Source: the human T2T-CHM13v2.0 reference genome, Homo sapiens. From it: a stretch of 64,000 nt of DNA. Location of the stretch: assembly GCF_009914755.1 (NCBI RefSeq), contig NC_060944.1; one strand, given 5' to 3'. The notes below the pieces were generated by a model. That model was not told where the DNA came from, did not search any database, and saw only the letters and a program-made list of their open reading frames with translations. This document shows positions 44,625-58,850 of this stretch, one piece after another. Position 1 is the first letter of the stretch. Every line of letters begins with the position of its first letter. A program made the translations under genes and the position numbers.

Positions 44625-44945
44625 TGTGTATATAATATATAATTATATATATATCATCTACATATATTTATATAATATATAATTATTATTTTATCTACAT
44701 ATATTTATATAATATAAATATATAAACATTAGTTTATATAGTTATAGAGAACAGAGGGCATAGCATGGGTGAGTGCCCCCAGAGAGAATAAGGATGGAAC
44801 AAATATATAATAAATATCTATATTTATATATATAAACAAATGGAACAAATATATATAAATATTATATGTGTATATGTATATATAATAAATATATATTTTA
44901 GATATTTATGTATACATTACATATATAAATATATATATACATATA
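44625..44945. repeat. (TA)n-rich low-complexity tract
   Basis: Seen directly. Confidence 0.85.
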
Positions 44946-47900
44946 GTGAATCAAACTCGCTATAGCGAGTGCTCATGCTGTGAAAGATATCTGGGAAAGA
45001 GACTGATGGAGGGAACCGTATACACCCCAGGCTAGACTCTAAGCTTTTTGAGTGTGGGTGTCATATCTGTTTTGTTTGCCAGTGTATGCCCAGAACCTAG
45101 CACAGTAAGTGACACCTAGATGACAGGACGGACTTTGCAGGCATGCAGCCCGTGTGGTCACACAGGGTCCTGCACTGAGAAGATCCCTGCACATGACTCA
45201 GTGCTCTACTGTTGCCATCCTGAAATTGTTAATAGTGTTTGAACAAGAGGCCTTGGGTTTTCGTTCTGCACTGGGCCTCACAGTCTGTGGTTGCTCCTGA
45301 TGACATTCAATAACTATGTGTTGCATGAATGAGTCAGAGGCCAAGGCCAGGATTATGTTCCTACCCTACCCTTAAACTCTGGGTCAAGGTGAGAGTGTTC
45401 CTTTACCGGAATCGAAGGTTCGTCTCTCTTGCTCTCATTTGCTGTTTTCAGGCTGATTTTTCCAGCAATGAGTAACAGCAGGGGCCATCCGTTTACTTCA
45501 AGGGAAAACTCTCCTCCCCACGTGCAGCTGGTCTGACCCGGTTCTGCAGCAGGACAATTTGCCAAGACTTTGATGCAGAAAATTCCCTTAAGGGGACTTA
45601 TTTGGTCGTAAGTATCGTGTGTGAAAGACATCAATATTTAAGTCCTGGTTGGGCTTCATCAGATTCAACCCTGTTCTTGTCCAGTTTTATCAAAATGTAT
45701 AAAGTCTAATCTTAGGGAACAAATGTGCAGTGATGCTAATGAATTTTAATAGCATTGGACGTCTTTGATGCCTTGTCTTATGTCCTCCTGACCTATCTTG
45801 TTGCTCTGGCATTAAGTTGACAAACAGCTGTGGCCAGGTGAACCTGACCTCAGTAGTACCTCATGTCCTGGGGCTTTTCTACTGGCCACAGGCAGCACCT
45901 GCAGCCATCTAGCGCAAGACCAAACCTGAAAGTGCAGGAGAGGTAACACCTACCGGGGCAACCCTTGGCTGAATGGGGCTGGGTGGATAAATGCTGTCTC
46001 TGTAGTGAGGACAGTTCTGAGGGACAGGTGCTGGAGACCAGAGGGTTTGCAGGAGGAGCAAGCTCCAGCGGCCCACAGGGTCATCAGCCCAGTGGCAGCC
46101 CTTGGAACAGCTTCCTATCTTCACCTTTTTCACGTTTCCTCCAGCTTCCCCAGATCCCTTCCCACCATGAACTCCCTGCAGCAAGCCCTCGTCTCAGGCT
46201 CTGTCCAGACGTTAATGTAGCCGTGACGCATCAGTGAGCACTCTTTTGATTTTAAGTGACAGATAACTAAACCAAACTTTCCTAAGCAAATGAATTCAAT
46301 GACTCAAGTCATTGAAAAGTTCAAGGGGACAGCTAGCTGAGCTCTCAGTGTGACTAGGGGAATGCTTTCTATCAGGCCCTGTTTTATCTCTCCCTGTTCC
46401 TCAGTTTCACTTCTGTGTTGGTTCCGTTTTTAAATGAGTTCGCTCCTGATATGGCAAGATACCAGCCACTATGCCAGAACTGCCATTTCTACAGCTTCAC
46501 AGCAAATAGGAAGAGAGGGCTTCTGGCTCCCATTGGAATCAGAAGTTGAGGCTCTGATTGGCCTCAGTTTGGTTCTGTGCTTATTCCTGAACAGTCATGT
46601 GACCATGAGTTGCTGACTGGCTGACGGCTGTTCTCAGGCTCCACCACTAAGGTGGTATGAGAGTCCACCCAGATCACATGGACTGATAGGGAGGAAGGGG
46701 AGGATCCTCACGTTGAAATCAGGGCTATTGCCAGAAGAGCACGAAATGGGTGTCGGGAGGCAAGCACCACATGTTCAGGAGAACTAATTCTTCTTGGGCA
46801 GCCAATCAAATGTGGAGTCTGATAAATACAATTTTGCTTCCCATTCCCCATCAGCAAAGAGATTATTACAAAATAAAGTCTGTAATGATGAGTTACAGTT
46901 GGATATAAACCTATTAAAATAATGCATTATATAGATTAATTCCCTATGTATGCATTATTCAAGTGCTTTTAATACAGTTCCCCCCCTTTGGGGAGTGGGA
47001 TCTTAAAATAAAAAGGAGAAAAGTTTTCATTGCTATGTTGTCCTATATATCTTGTCAAATTATGCAAAAAATACATGTAGACTTGTTTCACAAACATAAC
47101 TAGATAGCATAATTACTTGGGTGGTACTAAAATTTGTTTGAACAAAGTTCTAAAGGAAGTGAGGCAGGATTCTTTTTGAGAAGTATAATATTTAATTTTT
47201 ATGGGTATGGGAAAATACAGTGTAGATGAGAATAACTACGATTTGTATCCTTATTTTATCAGATAACAGTCATATAAGGTATAGAAACTTAGAGACATTA
47301 CCCAATTGTCCTGAGCCTCCTTTCACCACCTACAAAATGAAAATTATACCTATAGTTTGAACTGAATTAATTTGCAAAATTAATTTAAGAACCCAAAGTA
47401 TATATTAAATGCTTAAGAGAAATACAGCCTCTTTTTAAGGCCATTGACAATTTAGGGACTGCCCCTCCTCCTCATGTCTTCGCAGACAGCTTTTCCGGAG
47501 CTTAGCAAGTGGTAGCTCGCAAAGTACTGAAATCTTCTCCTAGGATCCATGTCCTACACTGCTACAAGAATCAGTGATTACATTGGCAATTCAACATTTA
47601 TTAGGTCAAATGGAATTCATTGTAGCCAGGACCTCAGCTCTCCTTCAGTATGCTCAGATAACACCTGACCGAATATGGGAAGAGGCTCATTGTGTAAACA
47701 CAAACGTGGAAGTGCCTTTTATTAAAACAAGATTTTACCTGTAGAAAGATTTGAGCATTCAATTTGCCTCGAGGTAGCATCTTTACCTGGAAATGAAATC
47801 TCACTCTGTTATTGGAGCCAATGTGTTTATGTCACCATTGGATGCAGGAACAACTTAAAAAATAATAGTATACATATGTTATGATTAACTCTAAACTTTT

Positions 47901-48948
47901 GTTTACTTTAAGGATAAGCTAAAAAAACTCACTATTGTCAAAAATAGCTTCTGTAATTTGTTCTTTTCACAAGAAGTAAAATTCTTGTGTTATTTTTTAT
48001 ACTCTGTACCTTGCGAATAACTCATAACTTAGGAGTTCCCAAGTTATGTTCATTCCTCCATTGCAATCTCTGTCCCACCCTTCCCTTTCTTTCCATTTCC
48101 GCTGCAATGTAATGTAAGGTTAAGAGCATGGAATGCAAGAGGTGCCAGTTTCAACTCTAGCTCTACTGTTTCTAGCTCTGTGTCCTCGAGCACATTATGT
48201 CCCATACTCTTGCCTCAGTTATACCATCTGTGTGTAATAATGATAATACTACCTCCTTTATAGGGTTGGTTAACTAATGGTCTGTTTTATAAAGGTCTAA
48301 AAACATTGTATACGTTGAAGGGCTTTTAAAAATGCTGTACTTTTAGCCAGGTAAAAATTCGGTTAAGAATTCAAACTAGCAAAAGATGATTCTACTTTGG
48401 CCCAAAGGCAGTGGTTTCCTGGGTTTGTGTCATCTTGCTTTGCAGCGTGTAGACAATTCTTCAGGAGTTGCAGAGAGAAAAATAACATGCCAGATTTTGG
48501 GGTCACAGTGCCATCTGCTGAAGAAAGGAGTGTTGCTCGAACAATGAGTCCACATGATCACAATTTGCGTAAGTACTAGGCCTAGCCAAAAAACAAAACA
48601 AAACAAAAAGAATGCAATAAGTTATGGACTCTTGTACATTGTAGTGGAGTGAATTCCTCAACAGCTTACGCTGTATTATATATTACTGTATTAATCTCTA
48701 AATACATTATCACTTATTTATTCATGCATTGATTTATTCATTAGTTAACATTTGTTAAGCACCTACTTTCCTGTTGGTGCCGCAACAACAGAGATGAAGA
48801 AAAGGCATGATCTGTTTCCTTTGGTGCTCTCAGTTTAACAGGGACACAGAATTCAAAAGGGAATATACCAGGGAGGCGTAGAAAGCTGCTTTAGGGGGCA
48901 GCGGATGCTGCTCTTGTCTGGGAGATGGGTGCGTTTGAGGAAAGCTTG

Positions 48949-49710
48949 TGTCTTAGTCAGTCTATGCTGCTACAACTAAAGTCCTGAGTCTAGGTAATTT
49001 ATAAACAATAGAGATTTATTCCTGACAGTTCTGGAGGCTGGGAAATCCAAGATCAAGGCACCTGTAGGTTTAATGGCTGGTGAGAGGTCCAGTCTCTCCT
49101 TCTAAGATGCCAACTTGTTGCTGTGTCCTCTGCAGGGCAGAATGCTATGTCCTTACATGGTAGAAGAACAGAAGAGAATGAACCTTGATATGGTTTGGCT
49201 GTGTCCTCACCCAAAATCTCATCTTGAATTGTAATCCCCATAATCTCCATGTGTCAAGGGAAAGACCAGGGGGAGATAATTGAATCAAGGGGGCGGTTTC
49301 GCCTACTCTGTTTTCGTGATAGTGAGTGAGTTCTCACGAGGTCTGATGGTTTTATGTGTTTGGTAGTTCTTCCTGCATTTATTCTTGATCTTGCCGCCCT
49401 GTGAAGAAGGTGCCTTGCTTTCCCTTCACCTCCCGCCATGATTGTAAGGTTCCTGAGGCCTCCCCAGCCATGTGGAACTGCGAGTCAATTAAACCTCTTT
49501 CCTTTCTAAATTACCCAGTGTTGGGCAGTTCTTTACAGCAGTGGGAGAATGGACCAACACAAATTCGTTCCCTCAAGCCCTTCTATAAGAGACCCAATCC
49601 CATTCTTGAGGGCTCTGTCCTCAGACTTAAAGACCCCCGCCTCATTGTAAAACCACATTGGCCATTAAATTTCAACTACGAACTCTGGAGGACACATTCA
49701 AATCATAGCA
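48949..49710 (-). mobile_element. MST/MLT1A-type MaLR LTR with a nested THE1 LTR
   Basis: tgtcttagtc...aatccaagatcaagg...ttcaaatcatagca. Confidence 0.65.
49186..49561 (+). mobile_element. THE1D-like solo LTR
   Basis: tgatatggtttggctgtgtc...gagtcaattaaacctctttcc...aacaca. Confidence 0.8.
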
Positions 49711-52139
49711 GCTTCCTTGATGGGAGTAACATAGACGCTGAGTCTTAAGGATAGGCAGACGGTAGAATGCAGCTGGCTGAACAATAGGAGAAAGGCATCA
49801 TAGGCAGCAGGAAAAGCAAGTGCAAAGGCCCTGAGGCAGGAGGGAGCGTGTAGCATTCACAGAATGGAGGCCCAAGAGGGTGAAGCACAGTGAGTGAGGG
49901 GAAAGATGGTCCAAAACAAGGTCAGGGAGGGAGGCTAGGCCCTGGTAAGAAATTTAAGTGCAATGGGAAAACAATGAAACATTTCAAACAGCGTTATGGA
50001 AAAACCATTTGCAAAATTGTTTAGCTAAATACAAACTGACAGTACTTAACATTACCCAGCACAGTAAGATTCAAAAGAAGTGCAAAATATTCGGAAGGTG
50101 GATTTGAATGATTTAAGTCTGGGGAACACTGTCATGTTCCTCGGGTGCCCTCTGCAGGCGCCAAACCAAATTGCTGCGTGATCCTGGGGATTTGCTCCTT
50201 CTTGCCTCTCACTCCTCATGGCCAGCATGGAAGAGGAATCTGATCAAGGTTTCCTTTTTAAATCTTAGAACCAGGAGCCTGGAGCAGGTGTTGCAGGTTT
50301 TGGAGGGCACCCAGGTGCGTACTGCCAGGAAATGATGTGATAACCTCATTCTCGCTTTGTGACAAAATCTAAATTAAACTGGGACATGTCTGGACAATTT
50401 TGTAGCTTACATACCAATTCAAACAGGTTTTTTTTTTCTCTTCATTTTCCAGTCAATATACTGACCATTTCTGTCCTTATATCTTCCTCACGGAGTGTTC
50501 CTGATGGTAGTCACACAGTCTTTTATTATAATTTTATGAGTTCTTGTTGGAGCGATTAATAGCATTTATACTAATAAAACTTTCTAACATACTGTATAAT
50601 TTACTTATATGTTTTGGTTATGATCTTTTTCCTATCAATAGAATGTAAGCTACATGAGGACAAAGAGTTTTGTCTGTTTTTTCAGTGTTATGCCCTCAAT
50701 GCTGAGCACCTGCCCTTCTTGGTCCAAGCAACATCCCACTGATTCCACAGTCCTCAGGGACCACTCCAGCAAGATTCAAGCTCTTTCTCCCCTGGACTCG
50801 CCCCAGGGTTGCAGCTTCTGGTGCTGTGACTTTGGTCATATGTTTGCCAACCATAAGCTTCATGATGCCAAGCACCTTGTCTGCTTTATTTTTCTGCTTG
50901 CAATAGCACCTAGCATGGTAGAAATTTCAAACAAACACACGCATAAATGCTCTCATTTAGGTATGTTAAAACAGAAGGCTGGGAGTTACAAGTTCATATA
51001 CCTGGAGGGCCTCACAGGTGAGCACATGGATGGGCAGGTGCCCTACATGTACCTGTGTGCGCTCTGTGAGTGGGGGGGTCTGCCAGGCCCAGGAGAGAGC
51101 CTGCTGGCCGAATGTGCCAGGCCAAAGCAGCACCAGCAGCTGCCCATCAGGCAGAAACACAGGTGCAATGTCACCAGGATGCTGATTGTACCAGCTCAAG
51201 CAAAACTAAAAATCTCAAATATTGGTTCCACTAAAGAAAAATACCATATGGGTCAAAGAAAACATAGCCTGGATCCAGTCAGTGGGAGGCCAGTTTTCAA
51301 CCTGGCATAAGGGAAAGTCTTTCCAAATGGTCATTGTTGATTCTCCTCCCTGACCTGCAGGATCCACATGCTTCCACTTGTACCCCATGCTTCTCCCCGG
51401 AGAGCCAGGGACAGTCCCCAGCTGGAGAAAGGACCAGAAACAAAGGTCGGAAATGCTCCACATCAGGAAATGAGAAGATGCTCAGCAGACTTGAAAGTCC
51501 CTGTACCATGCGGACTTGCAGAACGAGTTTTTCTGCTAGGAGAGAGATTAGCTCAAAGGATAGCAAGGTCTGGGGAGAGGAGAGGGACAAGAATGATGAG
51601 AAATAGAATGAGAAGGAAAACCTCTAAAGCAAGGGGAAGATAGGGGCATCAGAGGGAGCTGAGTCAGCACCAAGACTGCCAGGAGCCGCCACTGTCCTCT
51701 GTCCAGATTCAATGACACTGCCCTGTGCCCGCAGACTCTCTGCCCAGTGCCTTTTCTCTCTGCTTTTGTATGGTCTGTGTGGGGAACTAATGCATGGAGA
51801 AGCGTGCACCATCTCATGATAATGATGGAGCAGCCAAAGCCTCATAGAGCATCCGATTGGAGCCATGGCTTCTTTGAGCCCAGCCAAAGGGATCCAGCCC
51901 CTACCTCCATATCACCTGTTAGAGGAGACAGTGCCCCCTAGCCCTTCTGTCTCTGGAGCCCCTGTCTCCTGGTGCAATTTCTCAGCTCAGTGACTAGCTA
52001 ACCAGGCACTTGGACATTAAGGAAGCATGGTGATGAATAAGTGGGCCCTGCATGAGGCAGGCTTCTCAGGGTTTCTTGGCAGCACATGTATTAGCATTTG
52101 GACCAATCTGATTTTATTTTATTATTGTTATTTACATTT

Positions 52140-54230
<2,091 letters not shown>

Positions 54231-55665
54231 AATTTTAAAGTCCTAAAAGAATTTAATTCACTGACTCTTCAGTATGTTATAACCTGAACTTCTTGGCTGA
54301 TTTTATGGGCCTCAGTGTTAGACAGCACCTAAGGATGTGTCATGTTAAAGCCTCTTGGTTTAACCTGTCTTTGTTCTCACCTGCCATTGGCCACCTGCTC
54401 CACCCCAGCAGCTCCCACAGTGACCAGCTCCACACCGGCCATGGTGTGCAGACTTGCAGGGCTGCCTCTCCGTCCAGTTGGCTCGTGCTTACAGCCTCAC
54501 ACCTTGTTCCTCCACCTGGGGGCTTCCCTGTGGAAGGCTGAGGTGAGAAAAATTATGGGAGCCTCAATGAGCAACCTGGAAGTGTCTGGGAGTGAGGTCC
54601 CCGTGGGGCCAGCCTTTGAATGGGAGGCAGGAACTGGCAAATAAGAGTTCTCCCCAGCTGAACTCTCCTGTGTTCTGGTTAACACAGCCTCTTACAGGAC
54701 AGTCCCCAGAGAGGGAGCAACCAGTCGTGCTTGATACCAAGCAAAGGTCGGCTTGGTGAGGCCTCCTGGTATGGGCTCTGCTGCCTTCCCTGACCTGCTT
54801 CATTCCGCTTTTTCCTCGCTCTGGCTGCCCTGGGATTGTACTCCTTAATGAAGAAGCAGTATCTAGGCCTTTGCCTTGGGGTCTGCTTTAAAGATTCCGG
54901 CTGGGATGGCTTCTAACCATTGTCATTCTTCTCCCCCAGGATGCTTTCCAATTTCTACACATCTGAAATGGATGCTACAGTCTCAAAAGGCAGCACTAAT
55001 CATGGCCATGGGGGTAGTTAGCAGTAATACCAAGCCAGGGGAGTTCTTGAAGAGGAGATTTGAAAGATCATAACTTGGGCAGTGGAATTTCAGACGCAAC
55101 TGGGCTGAACTGAGAAAGTAATCATAGCTAACATTTCCTGAGAGCTTACAATGCATTTTATTTGCACGTATTATCTCTTCTACTCTTTGCAACAAGCCTA
55201 TTAGAGACACATTATTATTTTTGCCATGAAAGTAACTTGTCTAACATCAAAATTAGAAAGTGGTGCAGGTATGATTTGAACGCAGGCAGTCTGGCTCCAG
55301 TAAGCCCTTTATTGAGTCTTAAACACTTTACTCATGCAAGTCAGGTGACAGGAGCTGCAATGTCCACTATGAGCTGCCCACTCGGGGACACATCTGACTT
55401 TATACATGACTTGTGGTGATGGGTAAAGCCTGGTGCTTAGGAGAGTGGTCTCTGGAGCCAGGTTCACCAAGAGTTCGAACCCAGGCTCTGGTACTTCCTG
55501 GCTGCTGGAGCCTTGGCCAAGTAGCTTTGTCCTCCTGAAACTCTATTTCCTCTCCTGTAAAATGATCGATAACAATATTGTGTGGTATGGTGAGGATTAA
55601 AACATTTAGCAAGGTGCAGGCCACATAGTATGTACCCTGTCAGTTTTGTATGTTACTGTTACTAT

Positions 55666-56026
55666 TGCATTAGTCCGTTTTCACATTGCTGATAAAGACA
55701 TACCCAAGACTGGGTAATTTATAAAGAAAAAGAGATTTGATGGACTCACAGTTCCACGTGGCTGGGGAGGCCTCACCATCATGGTGGAAGGCAAAAGGCG
55801 CATCTTACGTGGTGGCCGACAGGAGAGAATGAGACGAGAGAAAGGGGAAACCCCCTTATAAAACCATCGGATCTCATGAGACTTATTCACTACCATGAGA
55901 ACAGAATAGAGGAAACCGCCCCCATGATTCAATTATCTCCCACCAGGTCCCTCCCACAACACATGGAAATTATGGGAGCTACCATTCAAGAGGAGATTTG
56001 GGTGGGAACACAGCCAAACCATATGA
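55666..56026 (-). mobile_element. THE1B/C solo LTR, 5-bp TSD actat / actct
   Basis: tgcattagtccgttttcac...ccaaaccatatga. Confidence 0.85.
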
Positions 56027-56934
56027 ACTCTCATTATTATTATACTTCAGCAAAAGGCAAAGGTTAACGTAGGTGAGAGTTTAGGTCCCTTCTGGTCCTA
56101 AGATCTATGCACCTGAGGATTGAAGTGCTTCTCTCTCTCAAAGCCCCTATGCTACTTTCGGTCCCCACCATACAATTACATTTCCTCAAAATTCCTGCTC
56201 CGCTGTTCCTCAGCTTTCAACTCAGCCATTTCTCAATAAAGCTTTGAAAAAGTCAGAATTCTTTCTCTCTTTCTCTCTCTCTCCCTCCCCCAGTTTGGCC
56301 TCACCAAGTTCTAAAACATGCCCAGATCTGGCCCCTGCCTTGCACCCCAGCCTCGCTCCATGCTGCTCTGTCCTTTCTACCATGTCTCACCAGGCTCTTT
56401 CCCTCTCAGCCCTCCACCCCTGGGGTCCACTTTCGTCTCCTCTCCCCATGCTGAGGCCTCCCATTTTCTCTTAGCTTAGAGGCCAGCTCCAGAGCTGGCC
56501 CCCACCCCTCCCCTCTGTGCTCTGCCTCAGCACCTCATTTATCTCCTTCATGCACTTGGTACCATTTGTGACAATTTTGCCCTTTATTTCTGTCTCCCTC
56601 TCCACCATTTGTTTCTTGCAGTGCTTTTACATTGAGCTCTGGAATAAACAGATATCACTGATGGAGCATCTCCTATGTGCCAGACCCGGTGCTAAGATTT
56701 AACCCTGGAAAAACATCTTTATTCAACAAATACTTTTTTGAGCACATATGAGCTACACACTGGAAAGTCCCAATACTAAGGGCCTGGAGAGCCCAGAATA
56801 GGCAGGAGAACAGGCGATGCCCGTGGCGGGCTAGGTGGTTCGGTGGGGAGGGCACAGGGTGCTATAAGGTCTCATTCCCCTCATTTAACCAAAGAGGAAA
56901 TTGGGACTTTGAGAAAGGAGGAGGCTTGTCAGGG

Positions 56935-57390
56935 GCAGTTCTCAAGCTGTGGCCCATGAACCTCGGGGGTCCCTGAGACCTTTTCAGGGATCCATGAGGG
57001 CCTCCCTTTCCCAACTACATGATTTGTATGAGGCTGGGGTTTTTCATACCTACAACTAGGCAACTAAACAGTGTATTTGGAGAGACTGAATGCAGAAGTA
57101 GACATGAGAATGTAACCTTCCATTAAGCCTGATATTAAAGAGATCAGTGAAAATGTAAAATGATGACAATCTTCTCAATTTATTTTTGTCTTAGAAAATA
57201 TAGTTATTTTTAAAGTGTGATTTTTATTACCATGGAATGGAGTTTTATATTATTTTAAATGAATTAATAAATACATTTTAAAAATTCTGCTTTAATTTCT
57301 AATACAGCAAATATCGATAAATAACCCACATAAACAAAAGTTCTTTGGAGTCCTCAGTAATTTCCAGGAGTATAAAGAGGTCCTAAGGCA
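56935..57390. mobile_element. hAT-Charlie family fragment
   Basis: cagttctcaagctgtgg...gggggtccctgagacc. Confidence 0.5.
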
Positions 57391-57486
57391 AAAAAAAAAA
57401 AAAAAATTACTAATTGGGAGACACAAGTGTCAGAATATACAGTAATTGTTCAGTAATATTGCTGTAAATTAATTAATAGGATTGCC

Positions 57487-57930
57487 TAGTCACAACAGCA
57501 AAGGCATGGAATCAACCCAGATGCCCATCAGTGGTGGATAGGATAAAGAAAATGTGGTCCATATACACCATGGAATACTATGCAGCCATAAAAAAGAACA
57601 AAATCATGTCCTTTGCAGCAACATGGATGCAGCTGGACATCATTATCCTAAGTGAATTAACACAGAAACAGAAAACCAACCACTCATGTTCCCACTTATG
57701 AGTGACAGCTAAACACTGGGTACTCGTGGACATAAAGGTGGGAACAATAAATGCTACGGATTCCAAAAACGGGGAAGGAGGCAGGGGAAAGGGGTTGAAA
57801 AATTACCTGTGGGGTACTATGTTCACTACTTGGGCAACGGGATCATTAGAAACCCAAACCTTAGCACCATGCAGTATATCCATGTAATAAACCGGCACAC
57901 ATACCCCCCGAATTTAAATTAAAAAAAAAT
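57487..57930 (+). mobile_element. L1PA/PB 3' end
   Basis: ggaatcaacccagatgcccatc...gcagcaacatggatg... with A tail. Confidence 0.8.
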
Positions 57931-58079
57931 TACATTAAAAGATAGGAGTACCTCCTTTACACCACCTGAATTATCATGGCACATAAATCTCACACCCTAT
58001 TTGCCAAGGCCATTCGTTCCTAGCTGTTTTACAGGTAGGTTAGCTTTCTCAATGCAAGTCTGTGGGACGGATGGAGAAA

Positions 58080-58850
58080 AATTCCCCGAGCCCTTTGATC
58101 CTGCCCCAGCTGGGCCCCGCCGCGCTGAGCCTTGGGCGCGCCCCCTGCTGCCCGCGGCCGGAGCCGTTCGCCACACCCCCGTGTTTATGTCGGTCCACGG
58201 GGGTTGCCTGTCCCTTTAATTGGCATGTACCAAGTCCTTCCAGGTCACATTTCCTCCCTACGTCCCAGCCGTTTGGACTCACTGGCCAAAAGTCCAAGAG
58301 GACGGAATGTGGAGACAGTGTTGTATTTTTGCGGGGAGTTCTAGGCCGACCGGGAGCGAGAGAACGCTCGGGGGCGAAGCGCGCCATTGCGGCCCTCCCC
58401 GCCGCCTGCGGTAGTCCAGTCCCAAGATGGCGGCCACCATGAAGAAGGCGGTGAGTGGGGAGCTCGGGGCTCTGGATGCTCGGGCGGCGCCGGATCTCGG
58501 CCGCTGGGGCCCGGGCGCGGGATGCTGGGGGTGCGCAGCTCCGAAGCCCGGCGTGGGACCCGAGGCCGAGGCCGAGGCCCTGAGAGCGGTCCCGCGGCAA
58601 GGCCTGCTCGCGCCTGGCGCCCTGAGCGTTTTCCTAGGCACCTGGCCAGCCGAGGCGGGGCGCCGGGGCTGGGGCCGGGAGCCTCGAAGGACGCAGGTCC
58701 GCCTCCCGCGATGCCGAGGGTGCCCCCGGGGAGTCTGAGGAACCTGCAGCCCCGGCCTCGCCCCTGAGGTGTGGGAAGCCGAAGGTCCCGTTGAGTGTGG
58801 TTGGCCTTGACTCGGGCGTTGCACCGGCATGATCGCATTAGCCTCACTGG
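58080..58850. promoter_or_regulatory. CpG island / PFDN4 promoter
   Basis: Dense CpG and high GC around the PFDN4 start codon. Confidence 0.9.
58427..58450 (+). CDS. PFDN4: PFDN4 (prefoldin subunit 4) exon 1 coding part MAATMKKA; intron 1 runs past the window end
   Basis: caagATGG strong Kozak; donor GCG|GTGAGT at 58451; the peptide matches the PFDN4 N-terminus and PFDN4 is the known neighbour of CYP24A1. Confidence 0.9.

Noticed and set aside
44955-44970. Perfect 16-bp palindrome actcgctatagcgagt
   Set aside because: About one is expected by chance in 64 kb (4^-8 per position).
50654-51310. 218-aa intergenic ORF
   Set aside because: Starts in L2-like sequence, has no recognisable motif or promoter context; a tblastn/PhyloCSF check would be needed to revive it.
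58049-58847. Long ORFs around the PFDN4 CpG island, including the 103-aa extension of MAATMKKA
   Set aside because: GC-rich artefacts; the real frame splices at GTGAGT (58451).
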